Position numbers and translations under genes: made by a program | Shown: positions 24,063 to 36,400 of the stretch, one piece after another | How positions within the stretch are numbered: position 1 is the first letter of the stretch | Layout of the letters: each line of letters opens with the position of its first letter | Source: a virus | DNA: 64,000 nt | Virus record (IMG/VR): IMGVR_UViG_3300000117_000011 | Location: 1 to 64,000 of that record | Reading direction: 5' to 3' (one strand) | The notes under the pieces: generated by a model | Database searches by the model: none | What the model saw: only the letters and a program-made list of their open reading frames with translations | Told to the model about the DNA's origin: nothing

Positions 24063-26939
24063 ATGAGTTTTTCTAGTGCATCAAAGGAGCAAATATCTTT
24101 AAAAAAGCTTTTAGGTAAAGCTCATACAAAAAATGAATCAGAATTTTATAATGAAAGCAAAAGTTCAGGCGTTTCAGTCAATGCAAATACAGTTTTTGCT
24201 GAAGATATTCCAAGCAGTCCTTCGAGTTTAAGTCAGAATCAAACAACTAATGATATAGTTGAGCATGTTAGATTAGAACTAACCCCACTTACAGAATCGA
24301 TTCAAGATGGAAAGTATCATGCTTTTTCTGCAGCATTACCTGCTACATATGAAGACAATGCTAGCCATTCTAAAGTAGGCAACGGAAGTTTTAATAATTC
24401 TACTAGCATTCATTCAACACAAGGTAAAGTTCAATTTGTTTCTGACTCAGCAGGTTTAGATTACGAAGTTAAAGTTTATAACGGTGGGACAGATTCAGGA
24501 ATAGATTCAGGTTCTAGAATTCCTATCCTTGACAATAGACGTTGGTACTTTGACTATTTTAACGGTGTACTTTTTCAACAAAATCCTAAGTTTAGCTCGA
24601 GTATTCAAAGTGTAACAACCAGTCTTACTTCAGGCAAAAGCTACCAAATTAAAACTAAAGGAAATACAACAGATGCACAGTGGCGATCATTAGGTATTCC
24701 TTTGAGCGTTACACCCGAAGCTGGCGTATCTTTTATTGCAGCTGCCTCTTTACCTGTTGACGTTTCAGGCTTTGGCAACGGTGAAGTTTATCCAGCAGAA
24801 AATCCTGAGCATATCGAAGCATTTCTCTACATTGGTAAGATGGCAAGCGAAAGATTTACTGAAGGCAGTGGAGGCGGTACTTCTGTAATTAGTGATCTAT
24901 CTGATGTAAACTCATCAGGAGTATCACAAGATCAGATATTAAGATGGAATGGCAGTACTTTTATACCAAGCGACGATATTAATACACAGTTGACAAACGA
25001 ACAGGTTCAAGATATTGTTGGTGAAATGGTTTCTGGAAGTGCAAATTCAGGAATCAGTGTGACATACGCTGACAACAATTCTGCAGCTGGGAAACTTAAC
25101 TTTGATGTTGATTTAAGTTCTTTTTCTATAAATGCTCTTTCTGACGTAGACACATCAAGCGCAGCAGACGGAAAAATTCTTAAGTTTGTTAGCGGTTCTT
25201 TAGTCGCTTCTGATGAAACTGATACTAATACACAACGAACAAACGAGGAAATTCAAGATATCGTTGGTGAAATGGTTTCTGGAAGTACAATGACAGGAAT
25301 CAATGTAACATATGCTGATAACAATGCTTCAGCTGGGAAACTTGACTTTGCTGTTGATTTAAGTTCTTTTTCTATAAATGCTCTTACTGATGTTGATACG
25401 GCGAGTATTTCAGAAGGTCAAGTTCTCAAGTTTAATAGCGGTTCTTTAGTTGCTTCTGACGAAACTGATACACAGTTGACAAACGAGCAAGTTCAAGATA
25501 TTGTTGGTGAAATGGTTTCTGGGAGTACAAATTTAGGAATCAGTATAACGTACGCTGATAACAATGCTTCAGCTGGGAAACTTAACTTTACTGTTGATAA
25601 TACGATCGCTCGATTAGCTGATCCAGCCTTTACTGGGATTCCAACAGCACCGACTGCCGACTCTGGGTCTAATGATACGCAAATTGCAACTACAGCTTTT
25701 GTTAACACTGAATTGTCAGAATATGTAATTGCTAGCGCTTTAAGTTTAAATAGCTTAAATGATGTATCTTTTGTAAGTGGATCAGATGCTCAAATATTAG
25801 TTTATAGTCACACCAACGATAGCGACGATACTAATGACAACTGGCAAAATGTAACAATTTCCGGGGATGCAACAATTAGTAATTCCGGCTTTGTAACAAT
25901 AACTACAGGTAGCATTTCAAATTCAAAAATTAACACACCTTATATTGACATCTTATCAGGTGCATCTACAGATAGACTTAATTTAGGTGAAATACTTACT
26001 GTTACAGGATCTTTAAATGAAATCGAAGTTTCAATAACCAACGACGTTTCAGGATCGACTCCGGGTGCAACACTGTCTATTGGACTACCTGATGATGTTA
26101 AAGTTGAAGGTGATCTTACTGTTGGAGGTGATCTATATTTAAGTGGATCAGCAACTACAATTGTTACTACTAATTTAGACGTAACTGACTCTATAATTAG
26201 TTTAAACAACGGTATAATTGGTGATGATCCTAACAATCCTGTTGCAAATCCTGATGCTAATGATATTGGTTTGTTTTTTGATCGAGGTGCATTAAGTCCT
26301 GCGCTATTTTTTTGGGATGAAGCAGACGACGTATTTAAACTAGGAATTAATTCCGGAAGTATTGATTCGACAGCTAATGATTTGCATGACGGAAATTTTG
26401 GATATTCAGTCCTTAAAATTGCAACAGCAAAAAATCAAAGTAACGAAACAGACTTAACATCTAATGATAACACAGCTGCGACGACTGAATGGACGACTTC
26501 TAAGATTGCAAACACTTCAATTAATGATTTATCTAACGTTGTTGGTGCTGCTGTAGGAAAAGTTCTTAAATTTAATTCTGATCTTGAACTGGTTCCTGAA
26601 GACGCTAGTGAATTTACTGCTGATACTTCGTCGTTGTGGGCAGAAGGTGATATTCAAAACCCAAATGACCCTGAAGCAGATCAAGTAAGAGAGCTTTTTC
26701 CTCACGGAATAATCGATGGTACTTTAGACACAGGAATGTTTGCAATTAATTTAAGTGCTGGTAGTATTAACTATTCTGATCCAAACGTAACATTACATAG
26801 TGTTTTAGAAGAGTTAAGCTCTATGAATGCTTATACACCGTCCACAAGATCATCAGCGAATATAGATGATACTTTTTTTGAAATTTATACTGATCCCAAT
26901 GATGATAGTGGAGCTGAATGTATTCGACCAAAAGAGTAA
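24063..26939 (+). CDS. tail fibre protein
   Basis: PAFTGIPTAPT...TQIATTAFV fibre motif, L(S/N)DV repeats, three EQVQDIVG repeats. Confidence 0.8.
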   Translation: MSFSSASKEQISLKKLLGKAHTKNESEFYNESKSSGVSVNANTVFAEDIPSSPSSLSQNQTTNDIVEHVRLELTPLTESIQDGKYHAFSAALPATYEDNASHSKVGNGSFNNSTSIHSTQGKVQFVSDSAGLDYEVKVYNGGTDSGIDSGSRIPILDNRRWYFDYFNGVLFQQNPKFSSSIQSVTTSLTSGKSYQIKTKGNTTDAQWRSLGIPLSVTPEAGVSFIAAASLPVDVSGFGNGEVYPAENPEHIEAFLYIGKMASERFTEGSGGGTSVISDLSDVNSSGVSQDQILRWNGSTFIPSDDINTQLTNEQVQDIVGEMVSGSANSGISVTYADNNSAAGKLNFDVDLSSFSINALSDVDTSSAADGKILKFVSGSLVASDETDTNTQRTNEEIQDIVGEMVSGSTMTGINVTYADNNASAGKLDFAVDLSSFSINALTDVDTASISEGQVLKFNSGSLVASDETDTQLTNEQVQDIVGEMVSGSTNLGISITYADNNASAGKLNFTVDNTIARLADPAFTGIPTAPTADSGSNDTQIATTAFVNTELSEYVIASALSLNSLNDVSFVSGSDAQILVYSHTNDSDDTNDNWQNVTISGDATISNSGFVTITTGSISNSKINTPYIDILSGASTDRLNLGEILTVTGSLNEIEVSITNDVSGSTPGATLSIGLPDDVKVEGDLTVGGDLYLSGSATTIVTTNLDVTDSIISLNNGIIGDDPNNPVANPDANDIGLFFDRGALSPALFFWDEADDVFKLGINSGSIDSTANDLHDGNFGYSVLKIATAKNQSNETDLTSNDNTAATTEWTTSKIANTSINDLSNVVGAAVGKVLKFNSDLELVPEDASEFTADTSSLWAEGDIQNPNDPEADQVRELFPHGIIDGTLDTGMFAINLSAGSINYSDPNVTLHSVLEELSSMNAYTPSTRSSANIDDTFFEIYTDPNDDSGAECIRPKE
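24982..25600 (+). repeat. three near-identical coding repeats, period about 240-246 bp
   Basis: CAAGATATTGTTGGTGAAATGGTTTCTGG...GCTGGGAAACTT at about 24982, 25228 and 25468. Confidence 0.9.
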
Positions 26940-27039
26940 ACACAAATAATATATGATAATATTGAAATCAAATTTATAATTTTATCATCTAACAAATAGT
27001 TATATAAGAAAAAGAATATTAAGTTAGGATTGTAATAAT

Positions 27040-30000
27040 ATGACTACAAGAAATTTAGTTCCAAGAGGAGACTCTGAAGGCAAGCTAGGTATTTCCAATA
27101 AAAGATGGGAAGAAATAAATGCTGTTAATCTAAAGATTGACAATTTATATAATGCAAGCGGCAGTTCTCTATTTGTAAAAGGCCCGGGAATAGGCGATAT
27201 TGCACTTGATGGAAATAACCAGTTAAAGATTTCGTTGGACGCAACATTCCTAACTGGATCATTAGGTTTTAATGCAGATGGTACAAAGCCTTCTTTTACT
27301 AACCCAGTAAAATTTACTGCCGATGCGTCTATTATTGCAGCTATCGAAGCATTAGATGAAGCAGCAGGCCAAGTTTCTACACCAACAGGCATTCAATTTA
27401 GTCAGCTTGCTAACGCAACTGTTATAAGTGCATCAGATAGCTCTCAGGCAGATAATGGTTCAGCACTAGAAAGTGCAAAAGCAACAGATAATGCTCTAGT
27501 AACAGGTAAAGCAGTTGTTGATTGGGTAGAATCTCAAAATTATTCTACTAGCACAGGTGATATTACTAACATCATAACAAATACAGCAGGTGGTTTATCT
27601 GGAGGGAGTGAAAGTGGTGAGATAACATTAAGCATAGCTAATACAGATATAGCCACACAAGCGCCGGGTTTATTTCTTGATGGAAACAGCGCTGAACTAG
27701 TTCAAGGCGCTTTAACAGCTTCTATAGGCTCTGCATCTGAAATTCCTGTTTTGACAATTAACAAACAAGGACAAATAACAGGTACAACTACTGAATCCAT
27801 TACTACTAGCTTTAATATAAGCGACAATCAAAGCGATACTGTAACCAGCGGTATAAATGTAACTGGATCTTTTGACAACGGAAACACAATTACATTTGCA
27901 GGTACTTCAGGAGAAATTAAAACTGTATTGGCTGATAACACATCATCATCTAGCATTACTTATAGTTTAATTGACACTACAGTTACAGCTGGAACTTATG
28001 GTAATGCAAGTACAGTCGCAACATTTACAGTCGATGCAAAAGGTAGACTTACAAATGCAGCTGCGACCTCTATCAGCATTGCAACGAGTCAAACTGATGC
28101 AACAGATCTATACTCAGCTGAAGCTCCTGCTGTGGGTCTTAATTTACTAGTCAAAAGAGATGGAAGTGGCAATTTTCAGGCAAATACAATTACAGCAGAT
28201 CTTGTGGGTGATGTATCAGGATCTGTAACAGGAACAGTGTCGACCATAGCAAATCACACTACAGATGGTCTTCCGGTTGGCTCAAGTAATAAATATTTTA
28301 CAGATGATTTAGCAATAGCCGCATTTTCAGCTGGTTCTTTAACCTCTGGAGCAGGAGTTACTGTTAGTACAGCCAATTCTAGAGGCGTAATATCTATTGG
28401 ACAACCTGTTGCGACAGCTTCTACACCACAATTTGCTGGTTTAACACTTAATGATGAAGGTGCGTTAACATTTAAATCTAATCTAGTTGATACAACAGAC
28501 GATGGTATAGATAATCCAGATACAGCATTTCATGTAACACTTCAAGCACCACAAGATTTAGCTGCTTCTTACGGTTTAGTTCTTCCTCCTAATGACGGTG
28601 ATGATAAAAATGTTTTAGTTACAGATGGCTCCGGAAATCTTTCATGGGACACGGTTGAAGTTGCAGCTGGAAATGCTGTTAATTCTTTTGGAATAATCAC
28701 TGTAAGCGGCTCTTCTAGTCTTACTGCTGATACAGCTCAAGATACGCTTACAATAGTAGCAGGCGATGCGATTAATATTACTACGTCAGAAACAGGAAAC
28801 AACGATACATTAACATTTGCAGTTTCTGACGTCTCTGACGACCACCTCAGAGAAATTGCTACCGGCTATACAGGAATAGCTAATGATAAAATAGCAAATA
28901 TAACAGCTGCAGATAAAGTTGCAGTTTCAGCACTAAACATTTCAGCACAATCTGCAGTGTCTAATGGTCTTGCTGATGGTGATCAAATTATTATAAGAGA
29001 CGTATCAGCTGGGTCAGGCGGCGCTAACTCTAAAGCGACAATGACACAACTTGCTACTTATATTAGAGGAAAAGATTCAGGAATAACAACACTTGCTGGT
29101 CTTACATCTGCAGGTGCAGTTGATAGTACACTAAATCTTGAAGGCAGTGTATTAATCGATCAAGCACTAACAGTTGCTGGTAATTTAACAGTTAACGGAA
29201 CTACTACAACAGTTAACTCAACAACACTCCAAGTTGATGATAAAAATATTGAACTTGGCGTAATCCCTAGTGCGCAAACAGGACAAACAGCTACACTCGA
29301 ACAAGATAGCGTTAACGTTTCAGTTGCGTCTACTGCTAACTATCGTGTAGGTGCAAGCTTAACAGTTACCAGCGGTGCAGGTGCTTTTGCATCAGGCGCA
29401 ATAATTGATAGTATTGTTAGCGATACACAGTTTACTACTAACTTTGGACATCAAACTGCAGGCGCTGTCACATTTACAGCAGGCGGTGAATCAAATGGAA
29501 CTGCAAATGGCGGTGGTATTACATTAAAAGCTGGGAATGATACTGATAAGACATTTAATTGGAATAGTAACTCAGAGTCATGGACTTCTTCTGAACACCT
29601 GAAATTATCAGCTGGTAAAGCACTTAAAGCTGTAGATACTGGTAATAGTAATCAAACTGTTTCTATTCTTGATTTAACAACACTTGGCTCTACTGTTACA
29701 AGTTCTAGTTTAACATCAGTTGGAACAATTACTTCCGGTGTATGGCAGAGTAATACCAAAATAGCTTCAGCTTATCTAGATGATGATACTGCACATTTAA
29801 CTACTACTCAAACTTTTACTGGTGCAAAAACATTTGATGCAGCACTTACAGTAGGTGCTGATGCTAATAGTCATGATGTTAAATTCTTTGGTGATTCAGC
29901 TGGTGCTTACTTAGAATGGGATGCAGATACAGATAAACTTGAGTTAAGAGGTAAACCATCAATACTTAATGAAAGCAGCGTTCGAACTGGTAACCCAAGC

Positions 30001-32955
30001 CCTGGACATTTACTACTTTCAACAGGTACAGCTGAAGTACAAGACGGAGACAAGCTAGGTAGAATTGATTTCCAAGCACCGATAATGGGTATTGCCAGCG
30101 ATGACGGCAGACTTGTTTCAGCAGCAATTTGGGCAGAAGCTAATGCTGCTTTTTCAAATGCAGTTAATGCTACAGATCTCGTATTCGCTACAGCCGCCTC
30201 AGAAGTAGCTGCTGAAAAAATGCGACTTGATTCTACCGGTAATTTAACTATTGGTAGTTCTTTAACAATTGGAACAGCTGTAATGACTGAAGCTGATCTT
30301 TTAAAGCTAGACGGTATTGAAGATGGTACAGCTGCAGCTAACAAAGCTTTAGTTTTAGACGACAACAAAGACATTGGAACAATTAGAAATCTTACAATAA
30401 ACGGTACATTTTCTAATGGCAGCTATACATTTGATGCAAGCGGCAATGTAACTGGATTAGGAACTGTAGGTTGTGGCGCAATTACAACTAATGGTGACCT
30501 AACAGTTAATGCAGATACTTCAACATTTGCTTCTGGTAATGCTAGTGATCCTGTTGTTATAATAAAAAATACTACAGATGATGCAAACGGAGCTCGCTTA
30601 AGATTTGTTAAAGATAGAGGCGCAATTGGTGTTGATGACGACGTTGCAGGTCTTATCGAATTCTTTGCTGATAATGACAAATCTAGTGGTAATGAAGAGC
30701 AAGTTAAGTTTGCTGAAATTAAAGCTCAAGTTGCTGATGCAACTGATGGATCTGAAGGTGGTAAATTAACATTAGGTGTTGCTTCACATGATGGCGAGTT
30801 AGTTAGTGGTATTATTTTAAATGGAAGTAGTCAGTTTACTGATAATTCATGTGCTTATAATGATGACACAACTATAACAATGACTAGTACTGCAGCACTT
30901 AAGGTTGGCATGGCAGTTTCAGGTAATGGAATTCCAGAAGATGCTTCTATTGCTAGTATCGCTGAAAACGGAACTGAATTTACACTGTCTGCTTCTACAA
31001 CTGGCGGTAATTTATCAAGTCAGACATTAACATTTGGTAACGTAGAAGATGAAGTTGATGTAACAATAGGATCTGGAACTTCATCTAAAACAACAATTTC
31101 TGGTGATTTAAACGTAACTAGCAATCTTAGCGTAGCTAGTAATCTTAGCTTAGATGGCACAATATCTGTAGATGATCAAACAGACTCAACAGCAACATCT
31201 AATGGCTCAATACAGACTGGTGGTGGTTTAGGCGTTGTGAAAGACGCTTACTTTGGTAATGACGTTATACTAGCTTCAGATAGCGCTGAACTGGTATTTG
31301 GTAGTGACAAGGAAATTAAACTAGCTCACTCAAACGACTCCGGCTTAGTTATGACTTCTGGCGATGCCTCAGCAAGTCCAGTGTTAGAGCTTAAAAATAC
31401 AAATTCTGATGCGACTGGTGCTATATTGAAGTTTGTTAAAGATAAAGGAACCGCTGGCGCAGACAATGATGTTGCAGGTGTTATTGAGTTTCACGCTGAT
31501 GATGCCAACCAAGACCAAGTTAAGTTTGCCGAAGTTAAAGCTCAAGTTGCTGATGCAACTGATGGATCTGAAGGCGGTAAATTAACATTAAGTGTTGCTT
31601 CACATGATGGTGATTTAGTAAGTGGTATCGTTATAAATGGAAGTAGTCAATTTACAAATAGCTCATGTGCTTATAATAACTCGACAACTATAACAATGGA
31701 TAGTACTGCAGCTCTTAAAGTGGGAATGTCAGTTTCAGGTACAGGTATACCTGCTGGAGCTGAAGTTTCTAGTATCGCTGAAAACGGAACTGAATTTACA
31801 CTGTCTGCTTCTACAACTGGCGACAATTTATCAGGTCAGACATTGACATTTGGTAACATAAATGACGAAGTTGACGTAACCCTTGGTAATGGATCAAGTT
31901 CTACAGTAACAATTGCAGGTAATCTAACAGTAAGTGGCACAACAACAACAGTTAATACAGTTACTATGGAAGCTGCAAATGCAATTGTTTTTGAAGGTGC
32001 TACGCCAGATGAACATGAAACAACTTTAACTATTGAAGATCCAACAGATGATCGAACAATAACATTGCCTGATGCAACAACTCAACTGGTTGGTCGTGAC
32101 ACAACAGATACTTTAACAAATAAAGTTTTAACAACACCAACTATTAATGGCGCTGCTCTTAGCGGCGCATTCTCTGGATCACCTACATTCAGCGAAGCTC
32201 TTGGATTTAGTGGTATTGGTACACATAATGCTTTGGATGTTTTTAACGCAGGCATTTCAGTTAAAAATGGAAATACTACAGCAGGCTTTATTGATTTCTA
32301 TGAAAATAGTGGCAACGCTGAGGGTAGCCCAGCAACATCGAAATACGCAAAATTAATCGGGCCAGCATCCATTACGGGAAATATTACATTAACATTGCCA
32401 GCAACAGCAGATACATTAGTTGGTAAAGCTACGATAGATGCACTTACAAATAAAACAATCGATTGTAATGGTACTGGAAATAGTATTACAAATATTGAAG
32501 TTCATAATTTTAATCAGGCTGTTATTGTAGAAGATTCAGAAGGAATTGCAAATAACGACAATAATACAACGATACCAACATCTGCAGCAATCAAGTTATT
32601 TGTTGAGCAACAGTTAGGACGACACGGCGGTATATTTAAAACAGACTCAGTAGATAACGGTAATACAGGGGCAGCATATGAGACAACTCGCGCACAATTA
32701 ACAGATGGTATTACACACGATTATACAAGAGACGTTATATTTGACTCTTCACCTTTAGTTCGATCACACTTCGGTCCTTTTGCATTTGACTTAGGACAAC
32801 TTGTAGATGAAGGAGGTTCAGATATAAGTTTCTTTGGCTCGACAGCAGTTCAATCATCAGATAGACACTTTCTAGTGATTGGCTCTACTGTTGATGGAAC
32901 AGATGATACTGCCGGTGATTGCAAGTTTACAGGAGCACATGCAAAGACACCTTGA
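27040..32955 (+). CDS. long tail fibre/adhesin protein A
   Basis: 1971 aa T/S/G/A-rich; GTYG..TFTVDAKGRLT, GNLTVNGTTTTVNSTTL.VDDKNIELG and RTITLPDAT..LVG motifs. Confidence 0.85.
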   Translation: MTTRNLVPRGDSEGKLGISNKRWEEINAVNLKIDNLYNASGSSLFVKGPGIGDIALDGNNQLKISLDATFLTGSLGFNADGTKPSFTNPVKFTADASIIAAIEALDEAAGQVSTPTGIQFSQLANATVISASDSSQADNGSALESAKATDNALVTGKAVVDWVESQNYSTSTGDITNIITNTAGGLSGGSESGEITLSIANTDIATQAPGLFLDGNSAELVQGALTASIGSASEIPVLTINKQGQITGTTTESITTSFNISDNQSDTVTSGINVTGSFDNGNTITFAGTSGEIKTVLADNTSSSSITYSLIDTTVTAGTYGNASTVATFTVDAKGRLTNAAATSISIATSQTDATDLYSAEAPAVGLNLLVKRDGSGNFQANTITADLVGDVSGSVTGTVSTIANHTTDGLPVGSSNKYFTDDLAIAAFSAGSLTSGAGVTVSTANSRGVISIGQPVATASTPQFAGLTLNDEGALTFKSNLVDTTDDGIDNPDTAFHVTLQAPQDLAASYGLVLPPNDGDDKNVLVTDGSGNLSWDTVEVAAGNAVNSFGIITVSGSSSLTADTAQDTLTIVAGDAINITTSETGNNDTLTFAVSDVSDDHLREIATGYTGIANDKIANITAADKVAVSALNISAQSAVSNGLADGDQIIIRDVSAGSGGANSKATMTQLATYIRGKDSGITTLAGLTSAGAVDSTLNLEGSVLIDQALTVAGNLTVNGTTTTVNSTTLQVDDKNIELGVIPSAQTGQTATLEQDSVNVSVASTANYRVGASLTVTSGAGAFASGAIIDSIVSDTQFTTNFGHQTAGAVTFTAGGESNGTANGGGITLKAGNDTDKTFNWNSNSESWTSSEHLKLSAGKALKAVDTGNSNQTVSILDLTTLGSTVTSSSLTSVGTITSGVWQSNTKIASAYLDDDTAHLTTTQTFTGAKTFDAALTVGADANSHDVKFFGDSAGAYLEWDADTDKLELRGKPSILNESSVRTGNPSPGHLLLSTGTAEVQDGDKLGRIDFQAPIMGIASDDGRLVSAAIWAEANAAFSNAVNATDLVFATAASEVAAEKMRLDSTGNLTIGSSLTIGTAVMTEADLLKLDGIEDGTAAANKALVLDDNKDIGTIRNLTINGTFSNGSYTFDASGNVTGLGTVGCGAITTNGDLTVNADTSTFASGNASDPVVIIKNTTDDANGARLRFVKDRGAIGVDDDVAGLIEFFADNDKSSGNEEQVKFAEIKAQVADATDGSEGGKLTLGVASHDGELVSGIILNGSSQFTDNSCAYNDDTTITMTSTAALKVGMAVSGNGIPEDASIASIAENGTEFTLSASTTGGNLSSQTLTFGNVEDEVDVTIGSGTSSKTTISGDLNVTSNLSVASNLSLDGTISVDDQTDSTATSNGSIQTGGGLGVVKDAYFGNDVILASDSAELVFGSDKEIKLAHSNDSGLVMTSGDASASPVLELKNTNSDATGAILKFVKDKGTAGADNDVAGVIEFHADDANQDQVKFAEVKAQVADATDGSEGGKLTLSVASHDGDLVSGIVINGSSQFTNSSCAYNNSTTITMDSTAALKVGMSVSGTGIPAGAEVSSIAENGTEFTLSASTTGDNLSGQTLTFGNINDEVDVTLGNGSSSTVTIAGNLTVSGTTTTVNTVTMEAANAIVFEGATPDEHETTLTIEDPTDDRTITLPDATTQLVGRDTTDTLTNKVLTTPTINGAALSGAFSGSPTFSEALGFSGIGTHNALDVFNAGISVKNGNTTAGFIDFYENSGNAEGSPATSKYAKLIGPASITGNITLTLPATADTLVGKATIDALTNKTIDCNGTGNSITNIEVHNFNQAVIVEDSEGIANNDNNTTIPTSAAIKLFVEQQLGRHGGIFKTDSVDNGNTGAAYETTRAQLTDGITHDYTRDVIFDSSPLVRSHFGPFAFDLGQLVDEGGSDISFFGSTAVQSSDRHFLVIGSTVDGTDDTAGDCKFTGAHAKTP

Positions 32956-33025
32956 TTTAGCTGTTTGTTTTACGCCCTGTTTTACTTTTGTAAAATACAT
33001 GATTGTTAATATAAAGAGTGTTATA

Positions 33026-33304
33026 ATGAAAAACAGAGCAATATCTGAGTCAATGAAAAAGTTTTGGAGAGAAAAAGGTAAATCTTGTCTTAAAGAAGCG
33101 AACAAAAAAAGAAGTGATACATTAAAAAGTCAGTGTATATGGTTGAAAAAAGAAGGTGAAAAGCCTTTTCCTTGTAATATTGAGCTTATTCTAAACAAAC
33201 TTTCTGAGGGGTACTTGATTGTTAACACTGAAAAGAATAAAGAGAAAGTGTATTCTTTTTTTGGTGAAGTTCCAGAATTTTTTTGGGCAAAGAAAAATAA
33301 ATAA
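33026..33304 (+). CDS. small basic hypothetical protein with NUMOD3-like segments
   Basis: ISESMKK and KKRSDTLK; AT-rich ORF between two fibre genes. Confidence 0.5.
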   Translation: MKNRAISESMKKFWREKGKSCLKEANKKRSDTLKSQCIWLKKEGEKPFPCNIELILNKLSEGYLIVNTEKNKEKVYSFFGEVPEFFWAKKNK

Positions 33305-33407
33305 TATTTTATTATTATGTTATATAATTAATAATAAGAAAAATTAACTTTACTTTTTGTGGTTAGTTTATCGATAAAAACTTAATAAAAACCGAAAGGA
33401 ATAATAA

Positions 33408-36400
33408 ATGTCAGCATTGAAACCTGATACAGACGACCTACATACGCTTGGTACGTCGGATAAAAAATGGAAAGAACTCCATGTTCACGATATTGAATTG
33501 AAATCGAGCTTAAAATTAGAAGGCTCAAGCTCGGGCGTATCGACACTAGCTACCTTGGCCGCAGCTGCTGATACAACAATTAATTTGCCTGCAATGGCTA
33601 CAGGTACATATCATCTACCAGTTTTAGCTTCAGCTACAACAACAGCAATTGCTGCTACGCCTGAAGAACTTAATCTTCTTGACGCAGGTACAGCAAGAAC
33701 AGCATTTGCCGGGGGAGATGGCTTACAGCTTGCAGACGAACTTATAATTGATGATAATTCTGCAAGTGCGTCTAAAAAAATACAAGTTCAAGATCTGGTT
33801 GATTTTCTTGAAACAACAAACGGTGTGAGCGGCTTTGCTTCTGCAGTTTCGATTACAGATTCTACTGCGTCTTCTAGCGTAGGTACTGGTGCTTTAAAAG
33901 TCGATGGTGGCGTAGGTATTGATAAAGAGTTATTTGTAGGTTTAACAGCTAATATTGCAGGTATTGCAACATTTCAGGATTCACTCGCTATTCAGAGTCA
34001 ACCTGCAAATGCTCTTGGTATTCGCTTTAACTCTGATCGGGGTGAGAATGACATCAATAGTACAGACTACGACGTTAAGGTCATTGATGTCTTTGCGGGA
34101 ACAGGAGATGCAACTCAAGGTACAATCCTTTGGGATGATGATCAATCCTCTTTCTCGGTAACAAGCGGAAAACTTCACTCTGAAACGCAGTTTACAGTAG
34201 GACCGATTGCCACTCCTAACTTTACAGTTGCGCCAACAACCGGTGTAATTGATGTTGAAGGTTCAGCTCCAGTTCTTACTATAAAAAATACAGCTAGTGA
34301 TGCAGTTGGTGGTGTGTTAAAACTTGTTAATGATAAAGGCGCTGCAGGCGCTGATAATGATGTTGCAGGTGCAATTGAATTTCATGCTGATGATGATGCT
34401 CAAGATCAAGTTAAGTTTGCTGAAATTAAGGCACAAGTTGCTGATGCATCTCAAAGTTATGAAGGTGGTAAATTAACTCTAAGCGTTGCTTCACACGACG
34501 GAGGTTTAGCAAGTGGTATTGTTATAAATGGTGGCACTCAAATTACAGATGCTACATGTGATACGACTGAAAATAGTACAACTGTAACGATGGATAGCAC
34601 TGCAAATCTACATGTAGGAATGGGTGTTATAGGAACAGGTATTCCAGCATTAGCTACTGTTGCAAGTATTCATGCGAACGGAACTGAATTTACACTGTCT
34701 GCACAAGCGACTGCATCAAACAATGACGAAACGTTAACATTTATAAATGCAGATGACGAAGTTGATGTAACAATTGGTAACGGTTCAAATTCTACAGTAA
34801 CAATCCCGGGTAATCTAACTGTTCAAGGAACAACAGTTACAGTAGACACTACAAATTTAAGTGTGAGTGATCAAAATATTCTTATTAATGATGGTGGTTC
34901 ATTAGCAAACTCAGCAGGAGCAGGATTAGATATCGAAGCAGCCGGCTCGGTCGCTGGCTTTATGAGAGTAGCATCAAGCCATGCTAATCTAGAGTTTAAA
35001 GCACCTTCTGGAAGTACTTTAACTCTAGATGTTGATGCTAACAAAACACTTACAGTAAATGGTGATCTAAATATTTCAGGTGATTCTGTAATTAATCAAG
35101 ATTTATCATCAAACTCTACTAATGCAGAACTTGGAAGATTAACACTCAGTAATGCTTCAGGTTTATTACCAAAGACTACTGCAGGCGGGGGCTTTATTGA
35201 TATCGGCTCAGCTACTGCAGAATTTGGTGACATTTTTGTTGGTGATGGAAAAGGACTTAAGCTTGGCGCGGATCAAGATGTAACAATTTTACATGATTCT
35301 GCTGTAGGTCTTGCAATTGAATCGACAGGTGATATCGGTATTAGTTCAAATGCCGGTAGCATTAACATTGGCGCTGATCTGGCAGATGATCAAACTTTAA
35401 AGCTTGGTAAAGCAAGTACTGTTCAAACAATTATTGCACCGAGCAATACAGCTGGTAGTGAGCTTTACTCTGTAATTAACACTGCAGGTGATACAACAGG
35501 TGCTGATGGTGCAGGTGCTATTTTACTCAGTTCAGTAGCTGGTGGTATGGGTCTTGCTTGGAATGCTGCTAAAGCATTACATGCACAAGGTGGTACAGCT
35601 GTTATCGCTGCTGAAGAAAATATTGCTAATGCTATTAAGCTTCACGCAACTGCAGGCTCTAGTCAGTCTATCAGATTAGAAAACACTGCAGGTTCAGCTG
35701 ATGCATCGACAATTACAGATGCTACATGTGATACGACTGAAAATAGTACAACTGTGACAATGGATGATACATCAGCTATTGCAGCTAACATGTCAGTTTC
35801 AGGAACAGGTATACCAGCTGGTGCTTTTGTTGTAAGTGTTACAAATGGAACCTCTTTTGTACTGTCTGCACAAGCGACTGTGTCAAACACTAATGAGACT
35901 TTGACATTTACTAAATCCGCTGCAATTGATTTAACAGCATCAGCTGGTGGTGTTAATATTGATGCTGCAGCAGCTAAAGATGTTAAGATTTCTGGTGGTC
36001 AATTAGCTTTAACTTCAAAAGATGATGCCGCTTCTGCAATTTCATTAACTGCTAATGTAGGTACAAGTGAAACAATTGTCGTAACAAATACACAAGGTAC
36101 AGCTGACGGTACAAATTCAAATGCAGCTGCAGTTCAATTAACTTCAACTGCAGGTGGTATGGGTCTAGCTTGGAATGATGCTATGGATCTTTGGGCTGAA
36201 GGTGGTAGAGCAATTATTACTGCTAATGAAAACCCAGGATCAGCTGGTCCAGTTATTAAATTACATGCTGATGCAGGAGCTAATCAAACTATACAGTTGT
36301 TAAACGATGCCGGTACAGATGAAGCTGCAATTGATTTAACAGCATCAGCTGGTGGTGTTAATATTGATGCTGCAGCTGCTAAAGACGTTAACATCGGTGG

